Notes under the pieces: generated by a model | Databases searched by the model: none | Told to the model about the DNA's origin: nothing | The model's input: only the letters and a program-made list of their open reading frames with translations | Virus record (IMG/VR): IMGVR_UViG_2778261389_000005 | Coordinates: 1 to 35,777 of that record | Strand: one strand, 5' to 3' | From: a virus | Taxonomy: Duplodnaviria; Heunggongvirae; Uroviricota; Caudoviricetes | DNA length: 35,777 nucleotides | Program-made: the position numbers and the translations under genes | Shown here: positions 25,422 to 33,856 of the stretch, piece after piece | How the letters are laid out: each line of letters begins with the position of its first letter | How positions within the stretch are numbered: the first letter of the stretch is position 1

Positions 25422-27058
25422 TGAATAAAGTACAGATACTGGGCTCTGATGGGCAGCCGTTGCGACAGCAGCGTCCCTCTATGCTGGTGGGGGGGAGCCG
25501 CGTACCTTATGACGCAGCTGACTCTTTCAGCGATCAACTGGCGAACTGGCAACCCGCGCTGTGGTCCCCGGACAATGAAATTAACATTTACCGGGATCGC
25601 ATCGTGTCCCGCGCACGCGATCTGGTCCGTAATGACGGCTGGGCAAACGGTGCGGTCACACGTCTGCTGGATAATGCGGTTGGTGCCAACTTCCGCCCCA
25701 TCATGAAACCCGATTACCGTGTTCTCAGAATGATCACCGGAAACAAGGCGTTTGATGCGTCCTGGGCGGAAGAGTACGGAAAAGCACTGGACGGGCACTG
25801 GCGGACCTGGAGTAACGATCCTGGCCGGTATTGTGATGTTGAACGAAAACTCACCGTGTCGCAGATGTTACGCCTGGGACTTCGTCATAAGCTTATTGAC
25901 GGGGATGCTCTGGCCATTCTCCAGTACAGAACTGACAGGCTTGGTCCCGGAAGAGGGCGTTACGCCACCACGGTACAGATTGTCGATCCTGACCGCCTCA
26001 GTAATCCTCAGCAGAATTTCGATATGCCAAATGTCCGTGGTGGCGTTGAAATTGATGCGGACGGTGCGCCGGTTGCTTACCACATCAGGGAGGCCCATAT
26101 CGGTGACTGGTGGAGCGGGGCTAAAACCATGACGTGGCAGCGTATCCCGCGTGAAACTGACTGGGGCCGCCCGCATGTGGTTCACGATTTTGATCATGAG
26201 CGTGGCGCGCAGCACCGCGGTAACGGCATCCTGACTCCGGTTATTCAGCGTCTGAAAATGCTGGTGAAGTATGACCAGAGTGAGCTTGAGGCAGCAATTC
26301 TTAATGCCATATTTGCCGCTTACATTGAGTCACCCTATGACCCTGCGATGGTTCAGTCTGCCCTGGGCGAGACCTATGACGAGTCGGAGTTAGGCACTTA
26401 TCAGGACGGGCGTGTTGAGTTCCATAACGATCGGCGTCTGACACTTCAGAATGGTGCCCGAATGCCCATTCTTTATCCTGGTGAGAAAATCACGACGGTT
26501 AACGCGGCGCGGCCCTACAGCAATTTTGAAGTCTTCGAATCTGCTGTTCTCCGTAATTTTTCTTCAGGAACAGGGTTGTCCCCACAGCAGGTCACCCAGG
26601 ACTGGTCTGACGTTAACTACAGTTCTGCACGCTCCTCGTTGCTGGAGGCATGGAAAACACTGACTCGCCGCCGGGACGATTTTTCTACCGGCTTCGCTCA
26701 GCCCATTCTCACCGCCTTTGTTGAAGAAGTTCACGACAATGAGGATTTACCCCTGCCCGCAGGCGCACCTGATTTTGTTGACGCCAGAGCCGCGTATTCT
26801 CGCGCGCGCTGGATGGGGCCAGGGCGCGGCTGGGTGGATCCGGTTGCAGAGAAAAAAGGCGCCATTCTTGGTCTGGATGCCGGACTTTCCACCCTCGAGA
26901 TTGAGGTGGGTGAAAACGTCGGTGAAGACTGGGAAGAAGTGCTTGATCAGCGCCAGAGAGAAATTGAGTCATGTCTTAAACGCGGATTACCGCTTCCGAG
27001 CTGGGCACAGGCTGACCAGTTTGCGAGCCAGACCATTACCGATCCGGAGGAAAAGTGA
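25421..27058 (+). CDS. Portal protein (lambda gpB family)
   Basis: 545 aa between gpW and the protease; start overlaps gpW stop. Confidence 0.85.
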   Translation: MNKVQILGSDGQPLRQQRPSMLVGGSRVPYDAADSFSDQLANWQPALWSPDNEINIYRDRIVSRARDLVRNDGWANGAVTRLLDNAVGANFRPIMKPDYRVLRMITGNKAFDASWAEEYGKALDGHWRTWSNDPGRYCDVERKLTVSQMLRLGLRHKLIDGDALAILQYRTDRLGPGRGRYATTVQIVDPDRLSNPQQNFDMPNVRGGVEIDADGAPVAYHIREAHIGDWWSGAKTMTWQRIPRETDWGRPHVVHDFDHERGAQHRGNGILTPVIQRLKMLVKYDQSELEAAILNAIFAAYIESPYDPAMVQSALGETYDESELGTYQDGRVEFHNDRRLTLQNGARMPILYPGEKITTVNAARPYSNFEVFESAVLRNFSSGTGLSPQQVTQDWSDVNYSSARSSLLEAWKTLTRRRDDFSTGFAQPILTAFVEEVHDNEDLPLPAGAPDFVDARAAYSRARWMGPGRGWVDPVAEKKGAILGLDAGLSTLEIEVGENVGEDWEEVLDQRQREIESCLKRGLPLPSWAQADQFASQTITDPEEK

Positions 27059-27921
27059 ATCTACCCCATCTGGCCCAGCGATTATTTAACACCCCGCTGG
27101 CGCTGCACCCGAGTAAAGCCGAAGTCATCATGGCATCCGTAATGGACCGATTTGGTATCAGTAAAATCGAATCTTCTCTTGCCATGGAGGATGACTGGTA
27201 CGGATATGACGATAACCGGGGACGTGAATCCCGTAGTGATCCGGGTTATGACAATGTGCTGGGTGTCGCCGTCATCCCGATATGCGGAACGCTGGTGCAA
27301 AAACTGGGCAGTCTGCGTCCGTACAGTGGAATGACAGGGTATGACGGCATTCGTCAGGCGTTTCTTACTGCGATGGAAGATCCCGACATTTCGGGCATTT
27401 GCCTGGATATCGACTCACCCGGCGGCGAGGTCGCTGGATGCTTCGATCTGGTTGATGTCATTTACGGCTCCCGGGGGAAAAAGCCTATCCATGCCATTCT
27501 GACGGAAAGCGCTTATTCCGCTGCGTATGCCATTGCCAGTGCAGCGGACCGGATTTCTGTTCCGCGCACCGGCGGAGTGGGTTCTGTGGGTGTGATCACC
27601 ATGCACCTTGACTGGACGCAGCGGATTAAAGATGACGGTCTTAAAGTTACGATCATCACCTATGGATCCCGCAAGGCTGAAGGTTCGCCGCTGAGAGAGT
27701 TGTCAGATGAAGCGCTGGCCGCCATCCAGCAGGACATTAACACCATGGGCGAATTGTTTGTGAACACTGTTGCCAGAAACCGGGGGATTAGCGCAAAGGT
27801 TATAAAAAGTACCCAGGCCGCCTGTTTTATGGCTGCTGATGGCGTTGAAATTGGACTGGCTGATGAGGTGTGTCCTCCTGACGCTGCGTTCAAAAACTTA
27901 CTTGAAAAAACAGGAGCCTGA
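27055..27921 (+). CDS. Head maturation protease (S49/ClpP-like, lambda gpC-like)
   Basis: GTG start with GGAGG RBS; peptidase S49 motifs (DIDSPGGEVAG, SAAYAIASAAD). Confidence 0.85.
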   Translation: MNLPHLAQRLFNTPLALHPSKAEVIMASVMDRFGISKIESSLAMEDDWYGYDDNRGRESRSDPGYDNVLGVAVIPICGTLVQKLGSLRPYSGMTGYDGIRQAFLTAMEDPDISGICLDIDSPGGEVAGCFDLVDVIYGSRGKKPIHAILTESAYSAAYAIASAADRISVPRTGGVGSVGVITMHLDWTQRIKDDGLKVTIITYGSRKAEGSPLRELSDEALAAIQQDINTMGELFVNTVARNRGISAKVIKSTQAACFMAADGVEIGLADEVCPPDAAFKNLLEKTGA

Positions 27922-27922
27922 A

Positions 27923-28513
27923 ATGGCAAAGAAAAAGACGTTTAGTTTTGCTCACCTCATTGGTCTTGGCCCTTCCGCTTCTGAGGAAGAAGAGGATAAA
28001 AAAGCCAAAAAAGCGAAAGCCCGTCGCGCGGAAGAGGACGAGCGCGAAGATGATGCCGATGATGATGAGCGCGACGACGACGCGGAAGAAGACGAACGCG
28101 ACGATGATGCTGAAGATGACGGCGATGATCCGGATGCGTCAGAAGATGATGATTCTGAAGACGACGGCGACGACGATCGCAAAGAGAGTAAGGCGGTAAA
28201 AAATGCACGCGCTGCTGAGCGTAAACGCTGCGCCCGTATTTTCGGCAGTAAGCATGCAGCTGCGAATCCTTCACTGGCCGCGTCACTGGCTTTCAATACC
28301 GGGATGAGTTCTGCGGCAGCAATTAATGTCCTAGCCTCTTCGGCTCCGGCCGCAGCCGCATCTCAGCCATCCCGTAAACGCTCTCTCGATCAGCGTATGC
28401 AGGAAAGCCACCAGGTCCGGCTTAATCCGGATAGCGGACAGAAAGAGACCGGAAAGTCTGCGCTGGTAAGTAAAATGACCGGCCTCTACAACTCCACAAG
28501 AGGAGAGAAATAA
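27923..28513 (+). CDS. Putative head scaffolding protein with acidic repeat region
   Basis: 196 aa from ATG 27923 (GGAG RBS); long Asp/Glu low-complexity repeat then Ala-rich C-terminus; between protease and decoration gene. Confidence 0.55.
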   Translation: MAKKKTFSFAHLIGLGPSASEEEEDKKAKKAKARRAEEDEREDDADDDERDDDAEEDERDDDAEDDGDDPDASEDDDSEDDGDDDRKESKAVKNARAAERKRCARIFGSKHAAANPSLAASLAFNTGMSSAAAINVLASSAPAAAASQPSRKRSLDQRMQESHQVRLNPDSGQKETGKSALVSKMTGLYNSTRGEK

Positions 28514-28917
28514 TGGATCAGTTTGGTCAGAATGCGTTTGCGCCTGGCATGAAGAGCGCGCTGTTTGTTCCGGATCAGCTTGTCGCTGGCACGCTCCAGC
28601 TGGTGACTGACACCGGGATCATTACGGGCGGTGCCTTTAAGCGTGGTACTGTCCTGGGCCTGGTGGCTGCCAGCGGGAAATACACGCAATGTGTGAAAAC
28701 GGCTGAAGATGGCAGTCAGTTACCCGTTGCTATTCTGGTTGATGATGTTGATGCATCGTCTTCCGATCAGAACGGCGGCCTGTATCTGATGGGGGAATTC
28801 AACCAGCACCGAATTATTTTTGATAACTCCTGGACGACCGCTGACCTGAAAAAAGCGCTCCGACCGCTGGCTATCTTCCTGAAAGACAGTGACCAGGCAC
28901 CTGTAACCACCTCCTGA
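28513..28917 (+). CDS. Head decoration protein (gpD-like)
   Basis: 134 aa immediately upstream of major capsid gene; pattern similar to lambda D. Confidence 0.6.
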   Translation: MDQFGQNAFAPGMKSALFVPDQLVAGTLQLVTDTGIITGGAFKRGTVLGLVAASGKYTQCVKTAEDGSQLPVAILVDDVDASSSDQNGGLYLMGEFNQHRIIFDNSWTTADLKKALRPLAIFLKDSDQAPVTTS

Positions 28918-29014
28918 TTTCCCCCACGGCTCTCCTGACGAATGCTTTAACCGGCAGGGGCTGGCTCGTTTAAATTTTTTGCCAGCTGCGGCTGGCACTA
29001 TCAAGAGACTGAAT

Positions 29015-30064
29015 ATGGAAAATATTTTTGATACCAGCGTGCTGGTGCAGGTTGTTCCTAACCTGAAAACCAGTCAGAACTGGCTGCTCGATCGCTTCTT
29101 CCCGAATGTCGTGACTTACGAGACTGAAGAAGTGGCGATTGATGTTGATGTCGGCCTGCGTCGTATGGCGCCGTTCGTCTCCCCGCTGGTGGAAGGTAAG
29201 CTGGTCGAATCCCGTAAATACCAGACCAATACCTTCAAACCGGCATACATCAAAGATAAGCGCGCGCCGGACCTGCGCAAACCTATCCGCCGCCAGATTG
29301 GTGAGCGTATTGGCGGGGAATATACCGCTGCCGAGCGCGAAATGCTGAACCTTCAGTTTGAAATGACTGACCAGATTGACATGATCAACCGTCGTCTGGA
29401 ATGGATGGCGGCGAGTGCGCTGGTGTCTGGGACCGTAACCGTCGCCGGGGAGGGCTATGAAACTCAGGTGGTGGATTTCGGGCGTGCTTCGGATCTGACC
29501 ATCACTCTTAGCGGCTCGGATAAATGGCCACTGACCGTTGCAGCTGGCGCTACCAATACCCAGCCATCAGATGACATTGAAATCTGGCAGACTACTTTCC
29601 TGAAAGAGTCCGGCTCTGTCGCCACGGATCTGGTCTTTACGAATAAGTCATGGCGTGCATTCCGACTGGATACCACCATCAAGGATAACGCCATTACATT
29701 CCCGGCGCTGAGCCCGTTTGGTAACCAGATTAACGCCGGCCCACAGGTAATGAAGGGCGCAATTTATAAAGGGCGCTGGGGTAACTTTGACCTCTGGTTA
29801 TATAACGACTGGTTTATTGACCCGCTGGACAACGTCGAGAAGCCTATGATCCCCGATGGCGCTGTCATTATGAGTGGTGCCGATCTGATGGGTACCCGCG
29901 CATTTGGCGTTATCCTGGACCCGGCTTTCAACTACGGTCCGCTGGCTTATGCGCCAAAATCCTGGGTGAAAGAAGATCCAGCCCAGCGTCTTATCCTGAT
30001 GCAATCCTCCCCGCTGGTTATTCCGAGCCGGGTAAATGCATCCCTCTGCGCAACGGTGGTCTGA
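29015..30064 (+). CDS. Major capsid protein (lambda gpE family)
   Basis: 349 aa from ATG 29015; segments PFVSPLVEGKLVESRKYQTNTFKPAYIK and C-terminal MQSSPLVIPSRV parallel lambda E. Confidence 0.85.
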   Translation: MENIFDTSVLVQVVPNLKTSQNWLLDRFFPNVVTYETEEVAIDVDVGLRRMAPFVSPLVEGKLVESRKYQTNTFKPAYIKDKRAPDLRKPIRRQIGERIGGEYTAAEREMLNLQFEMTDQIDMINRRLEWMAASALVSGTVTVAGEGYETQVVDFGRASDLTITLSGSDKWPLTVAAGATNTQPSDDIEIWQTTFLKESGSVATDLVFTNKSWRAFRLDTTIKDNAITFPALSPFGNQINAGPQVMKGAIYKGRWGNFDLWLYNDWFIDPLDNVEKPMIPDGAVIMSGADLMGTRAFGVILDPAFNYGPLAYAPKSWVKEDPAQRLILMQSSPLVIPSRVNASLCATVV

Positions 30065-30065
30065 T

Positions 30066-30446
30066 ATGGCAAAACAACCTAATACCGGGCTGGCTGATGA
30101 TCTGAATGCAGAAGGATCTGCCAAAGACGGCCTGAGCGTTGACGACCTGAATGCTGGCGATAACACCCAGAAAAAACAGCCTTTGAGCAAAACAGATGAT
30201 GCCGAATTGTCTGTTGATGACGATGGTGGTGACGAAAAATCCGGAGACACTGAATCGCAGGAGTATGTGGTGTTGAAAGGGAATTGCATTCGTCATGACG
30301 GGGAGATGTACCGCGAAAATATGCGCATCCCTGTAACCGGCAAAGATGCTGAGCGTCTTCTGCAGTCCGGCGTTATTGCTGATGTTGATGTGCTTCGTAA
30401 GCGAGTTCTTGCTTCTCAGCCATCAGTTTCAGTTACGACAGGGTAA
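30066..30446 (+). CDS. Hypothetical head-associated protein
   Basis: 126 aa, acidic N-terminal half; follows capsid gene. Confidence 0.4.
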   Translation: MAKQPNTGLADDLNAEGSAKDGLSVDDLNAGDNTQKKQPLSKTDDAELSVDDDGGDEKSGDTESQEYVVLKGNCIRHDGEMYRENMRIPVTGKDAERLLQSGVIADVDVLRKRVLASQPSVSVTTG

Positions 30447-30450
30447 TGAC

Positions 30451-30810
30451 ATGGGCGTGGACTGGGATTCTCATCTTCTGAGTCCGCTGCATGATGTCTT
30501 TGGCGATGAGCACGAGTACCGTCCACGTAACGGTACTCCTTTTACAATTAACGGGATTTTTGACCGTGGTTATGCGCAGGTTGCTGAAAACCTTGATGGC
30601 GATTCAGAAATTAACACCTCCAGCCCGATGTTGGGTGTGCGCGATGCTGAATTTCGCAAGCTGGGTAAATCGCAACCTGCTGTATCTGACCGGGTATTTA
30701 TAAAGACGGTCGGTGGTCACATCATCAATCAGTTATTTGTTGTGTCAAACGTCGAACCCGACAGTCATGGCGGATCTCGTCTTGTCCTCAATGTGGTAAA
30801 ACCGCGATGA
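30451..30810 (+). CDS. Putative head-tail connector/head completion protein
   Basis: 119 aa; assigned by position between capsid and tail genes. Confidence 0.4.
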   Translation: MGVDWDSHLLSPLHDVFGDEHEYRPRNGTPFTINGIFDRGYAQVAENLDGDSEINTSSPMLGVRDAEFRKLGKSQPAVSDRVFIKTVGGHIINQLFVVSNVEPDSHGGSRLVLNVVKPR

Positions 30811-31352
30811 ATTCAGCAGCGATACGGCAAATGGTTGTCACTGCACTAACCGGGACAACCAGCGCGGGCGACCGCGTATTCTCTCCACGCGACTGGTCAA
30901 CTTCACCAGATATGTATCCTGTGTTGTTGGTTCAGACGCCTTTTGAACAGAAAAAATCACAGGGGCGTAATACCCCTGCTTTTACCACCCTCACCACTGT
31001 CAGGATCACTGGGCGCGTTCAGGAGTATGACGGCGATACAGTGGATGATGGAGCCATGCGGGCAGAGCTGGCGCTTGAAAGCCTTCGCGAGCAGGTGGAG
31101 CGCGCGGTGATCAACAGCTACGAACTGACGCGGAATATTCAGAAATACGCGGAAGTTCGTTCAACCATCAATGTTGATTCAGAAGGAGAGGCCCATATGG
31201 GGCAGCTTCTTTTCGAGATCGACATAGAGCATTACCAGGGGCCGGAAGATTTTTATCCTGTCCAGTCGGTTCCCCTTGAGGGCATGGATATTGCGGTCGA
31301 CATGCCAGACGGCACAGTTAAACCGGGTATCAGCCTCAATCTTCAGGAGTAA
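30807..31352 (+). CDS. Putative neck/virion morphogenesis protein
   Basis: 181 aa; assigned by position. Confidence 0.35.
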   Translation: MNSAAIRQMVVTALTGTTSAGDRVFSPRDWSTSPDMYPVLLVQTPFEQKKSQGRNTPAFTTLTTVRITGRVQEYDGDTVDDGAMRAELALESLREQVERAVINSYELTRNIQKYAEVRSTINVDSEGEAHMGQLLFEIDIEHYQGPEDFYPVQSVPLEGMDIAVDMPDGTVKPGISLNLQE

Positions 31353-31355
31353 TCC

Positions 31356-31553
31356 ATGTTTGTTAAGCCGAACAACGGGCTCAGCGTTCGCTGCCCCGTC
31401 AAGGGCATCCCATTGCCTAAAGAGGGTGCTGAAGTACCTGACAATATTTTCTGGCGTCGCCGTCTGAGCGATGGGGACGTGATCCTCTCTAAAAAGGATG
31501 AGGGCGCGCCAGAGAAACAATCATTACCTAAAAAAGCGGGAGAAAATGAATGA
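31356..31553 (+). CDS. Small hypothetical protein preceding tail sheath gene
   Basis: 65 aa, ATGA overlap with sheath start. Confidence 0.4.
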   Translation: MFVKPNNGLSVRCPVKGIPLPKEGAEVPDNIFWRRRLSDGDVILSKKDEGAPEKQSLPKKAGENE

Positions 31554-33052
31554 CCGTACCTTTCGCTCGTGTTCCCGATAACCTGCGGGTAGGGCTTTTC
31601 TTCGTTGAGTTTGATAACTCAATGGCGAATAACGCCACTGCCACGCAGCGCACCCTGCTTATCGGTGGGATGCTCAGTACCGGCTCAACCCTCCCTGGTA
31701 TTCCGCAGCGAGTTTCCTCTTCGGATACCGTCGGTGAGCTGACAGGAAAAGGGGGAATTCTGCAGGCCATGATGGCGGCGTATCAGAAAAATGATACCGC
31801 AGCCGAAGTCTGGATCCTGCCGCTGGAGGAAGACTCCGATTCCATGGTGGCTGCAACCGGCACCATTAGAGTGAGCAGCGCACCGACGGCAACCGGAGTG
31901 ATCTCCCTTTATATTGCTGGTGAGCGCATTCAGTTGACCGTTGTAGCAACAGATACGGTGGCAGCGATCGCCACCTCTCTGGCCGCGGCGATTAACGCAA
32001 AAACCACGCTACCTGTAACCGCCAGTGCGACTACGGATACCGTAACCCTGACCGCGAAGAATCTTGGTGCTACGGGTAATGGGATCGACATTCGCCTGAA
32101 CTTCCTCGGCTTACCTGGAGGCGAGTCCACACCTGCAGGCCTGGAACTGACGATTACTGCTATGTCTAACGGAGTCGGGGCTCCGGATATTACCGGCGAG
32201 CTGGCAAACCTGCAGGATCGGACATTCGATTTCATCATCAACCCTTACGACGATACAACCTCGTTGAATGTGATGAAGGAGTTCCTGTCAGACACTGGCG
32301 GTCGCTGGGCATGGGACAAGCAGCTTTATGGCCATTCCTTTGGTACCACCACCGGGACTTACGCCCAGCTCGGTACCAAAGGTGAGCTGCGCAATAACCA
32401 GCATGAGACCCTGCTGGGCGTAAATAAATCGCCGTCCCCTTCCTGGGCATGGTCTGCAGCTTACACCGGCGCAGCTGCGGTGAGTCTGCGTAATGACCCC
32501 GGCCGCCCGCTACAGTCGCTCGCTGTTCAGGGGGTGCTTGCGCCAGAACTGCAGGATCGCTTTGAGCTGACCGAGCGTAACAATCTGCTGTACAGCGGCA
32601 TTTCGACATTTACGGTCGATGACGATGGCACGGTGCGCATTGAAAACCTGATCACCACCTACCAGAAAAACAGCTATGGCGATGCAGATGACAGTTATCT
32701 GGAAGTGGAGACGCTGTTCAGCCTGATGTTTGTGACCCGCTACCTGCGCACAGCGGTGACCAGCAAGTTTGGCCGTATGAAGCTTGCTGCGGATGGAACC
32801 CGATTTGCACCTGGCGCGGCGATCGTCACGCCAAACATTATCAAGGCCGATCAGATTGCCGAGTACCAGACTCTGGTATGGAACGGTTATGCGCAGGATG
32901 CGGAGGCATTCGCAAAAAATATCATCGTCGAGCAGAACGCCAAAAATCCGAACCGCGTCGATGTGCTGTGGCCGGGAACCCTCATGAACCAGTTGCGCAT
33001 TTTCGCGCTGCTCAATCAGTTCCGCACTCGGGCTGAATCAACAGGAGCTTAA
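31550..33052 (+). CDS. Tail sheath protein (contractile tail)
   Basis: 500 aa, size and position upstream of tube and frameshifted chaperone genes as in P2/Mu-type tails. Confidence 0.6.
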   Translation: MTVPFARVPDNLRVGLFFVEFDNSMANNATATQRTLLIGGMLSTGSTLPGIPQRVSSSDTVGELTGKGGILQAMMAAYQKNDTAAEVWILPLEEDSDSMVAATGTIRVSSAPTATGVISLYIAGERIQLTVVATDTVAAIATSLAAAINAKTTLPVTASATTDTVTLTAKNLGATGNGIDIRLNFLGLPGGESTPAGLELTITAMSNGVGAPDITGELANLQDRTFDFIINPYDDTTSLNVMKEFLSDTGGRWAWDKQLYGHSFGTTTGTYAQLGTKGELRNNQHETLLGVNKSPSPSWAWSAAYTGAAAVSLRNDPGRPLQSLAVQGVLAPELQDRFELTERNNLLYSGISTFTVDDDGTVRIENLITTYQKNSYGDADDSYLEVETLFSLMFVTRYLRTAVTSKFGRMKLAADGTRFAPGAAIVTPNIIKADQIAEYQTLVWNGYAQDAEAFAKNIIVEQNAKNPNRVDVLWPGTLMNQLRIFALLNQFRTRAESTGA

Positions 33053-33055
33053 ACG

Positions 33056-33427
33056 ATGGCAGGTGATACTACTAACCGCCTGGCGGGAACCGCCTATGTC
33101 ACTGTTAACGGTGTGACGGTAATGGTGGAGGGCTCGTTTAAATACCAGGCTGCCACCGTAAACCGTACCACCCTGACAGGGATGGATGGTGTGCACGGAT
33201 ATAAGGAAAAACCTGTGGCGCCATACATTTCTGCCCGACTGCGTGACAGTGGCGGAACGAATGTGCAGGGCTTTAACCAGCAGACGAACGTCAACGTGAT
33301 CGCCGAGCTGGCTAACGGGAAAACTATCATTGGCCGTTCACTCTGGACGGTCAACGTCCAGGAAGTGGAAAGCGAAGATGCAGTATTTGATGTTCGCTGG
33401 GAAGGCCGCGACGTAACGGAGAACTAA
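33056..33427 (+). CDS. Tail tube protein
   Basis: 123 aa directly after sheath gene. Confidence 0.55.
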   Translation: MAGDTTNRLAGTAYVTVNGVTVMVEGSFKYQAATVNRTTLTGMDGVHGYKEKPVAPYISARLRDSGGTNVQGFNQQTNVNVIAELANGKTIIGRSLWTVNVQEVESEDAVFDVRWEGRDVTEN

Positions 33428-33428
33428 G

Positions 33429-33707
33429 ATGGCTGAGATTGAACGCGTTAAAACCATTCCATTAACCGTAGCGCTGGATGATGCTGCGGAGAAGACCACT
33501 TATACGCAGCTGGAGCTGAAAGCACCCACGCTAAGCCAGGCTGAGCAGTTTTACGAGAAACAGGCTGCGTCAACGTCGCTCGCGGCGATGCGCCTGCTTA
33601 TTGCGCTGGTTTCCGGTACGCGTGAAAGCGTACTGCAGCCGATGGATTTTCTCGACTTCCGTAAGTGTGAGGAGTATCTGCTCAGTTTTTTGACCTGGAA
33701 GCCCTGA
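33429..33707 (+). CDS. Tail assembly chaperone (P2 gpE-like)
   Basis: 92 aa ending just after slippery heptamer T TTT TTG (33686-33692). Confidence 0.6.
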   Translation: MAEIERVKTIPLTVALDDAAEKTTYTQLELKAPTLSQAEQFYEKQAASTSLAAMRLLIALVSGTRESVLQPMDFLDFRKCEEYLLSFLTWKP

Positions 33708-33856
33708 CAACCTGGCAGGAAATGGCCGCTGACGTCACCTTCTATTTCCGCTGGTCTGAGGACAGGGCGTGGGGAATGACCCGCGCCCGGCTGAAATGGT
33801 GGGTGTCGCAGGCATTCCGGATAAACAAGCTTAGGAAACCTGAAGACGATGAGTAA
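33429..33856 (+). CDS. Frameshift-extended tail assembly chaperone (E+E'-like), predicted -1 frameshift
   Basis: -1 frame after TTTTTTG stays open for about 55 codons (DLEALTTWQEMAADVTFYFRWSED...) to TAA at 33854-33856, overlapping tape-measure start. Confidence 0.5.

Noticed and set aside
27948-28296. ORFs on both strands across the acidic repeat of the scaffold gene
   Set aside because: Products of the low-complexity GAn/GAT repeat; translations are homopolymer-like (Ser-rich, Arg/His-rich) and implausible.
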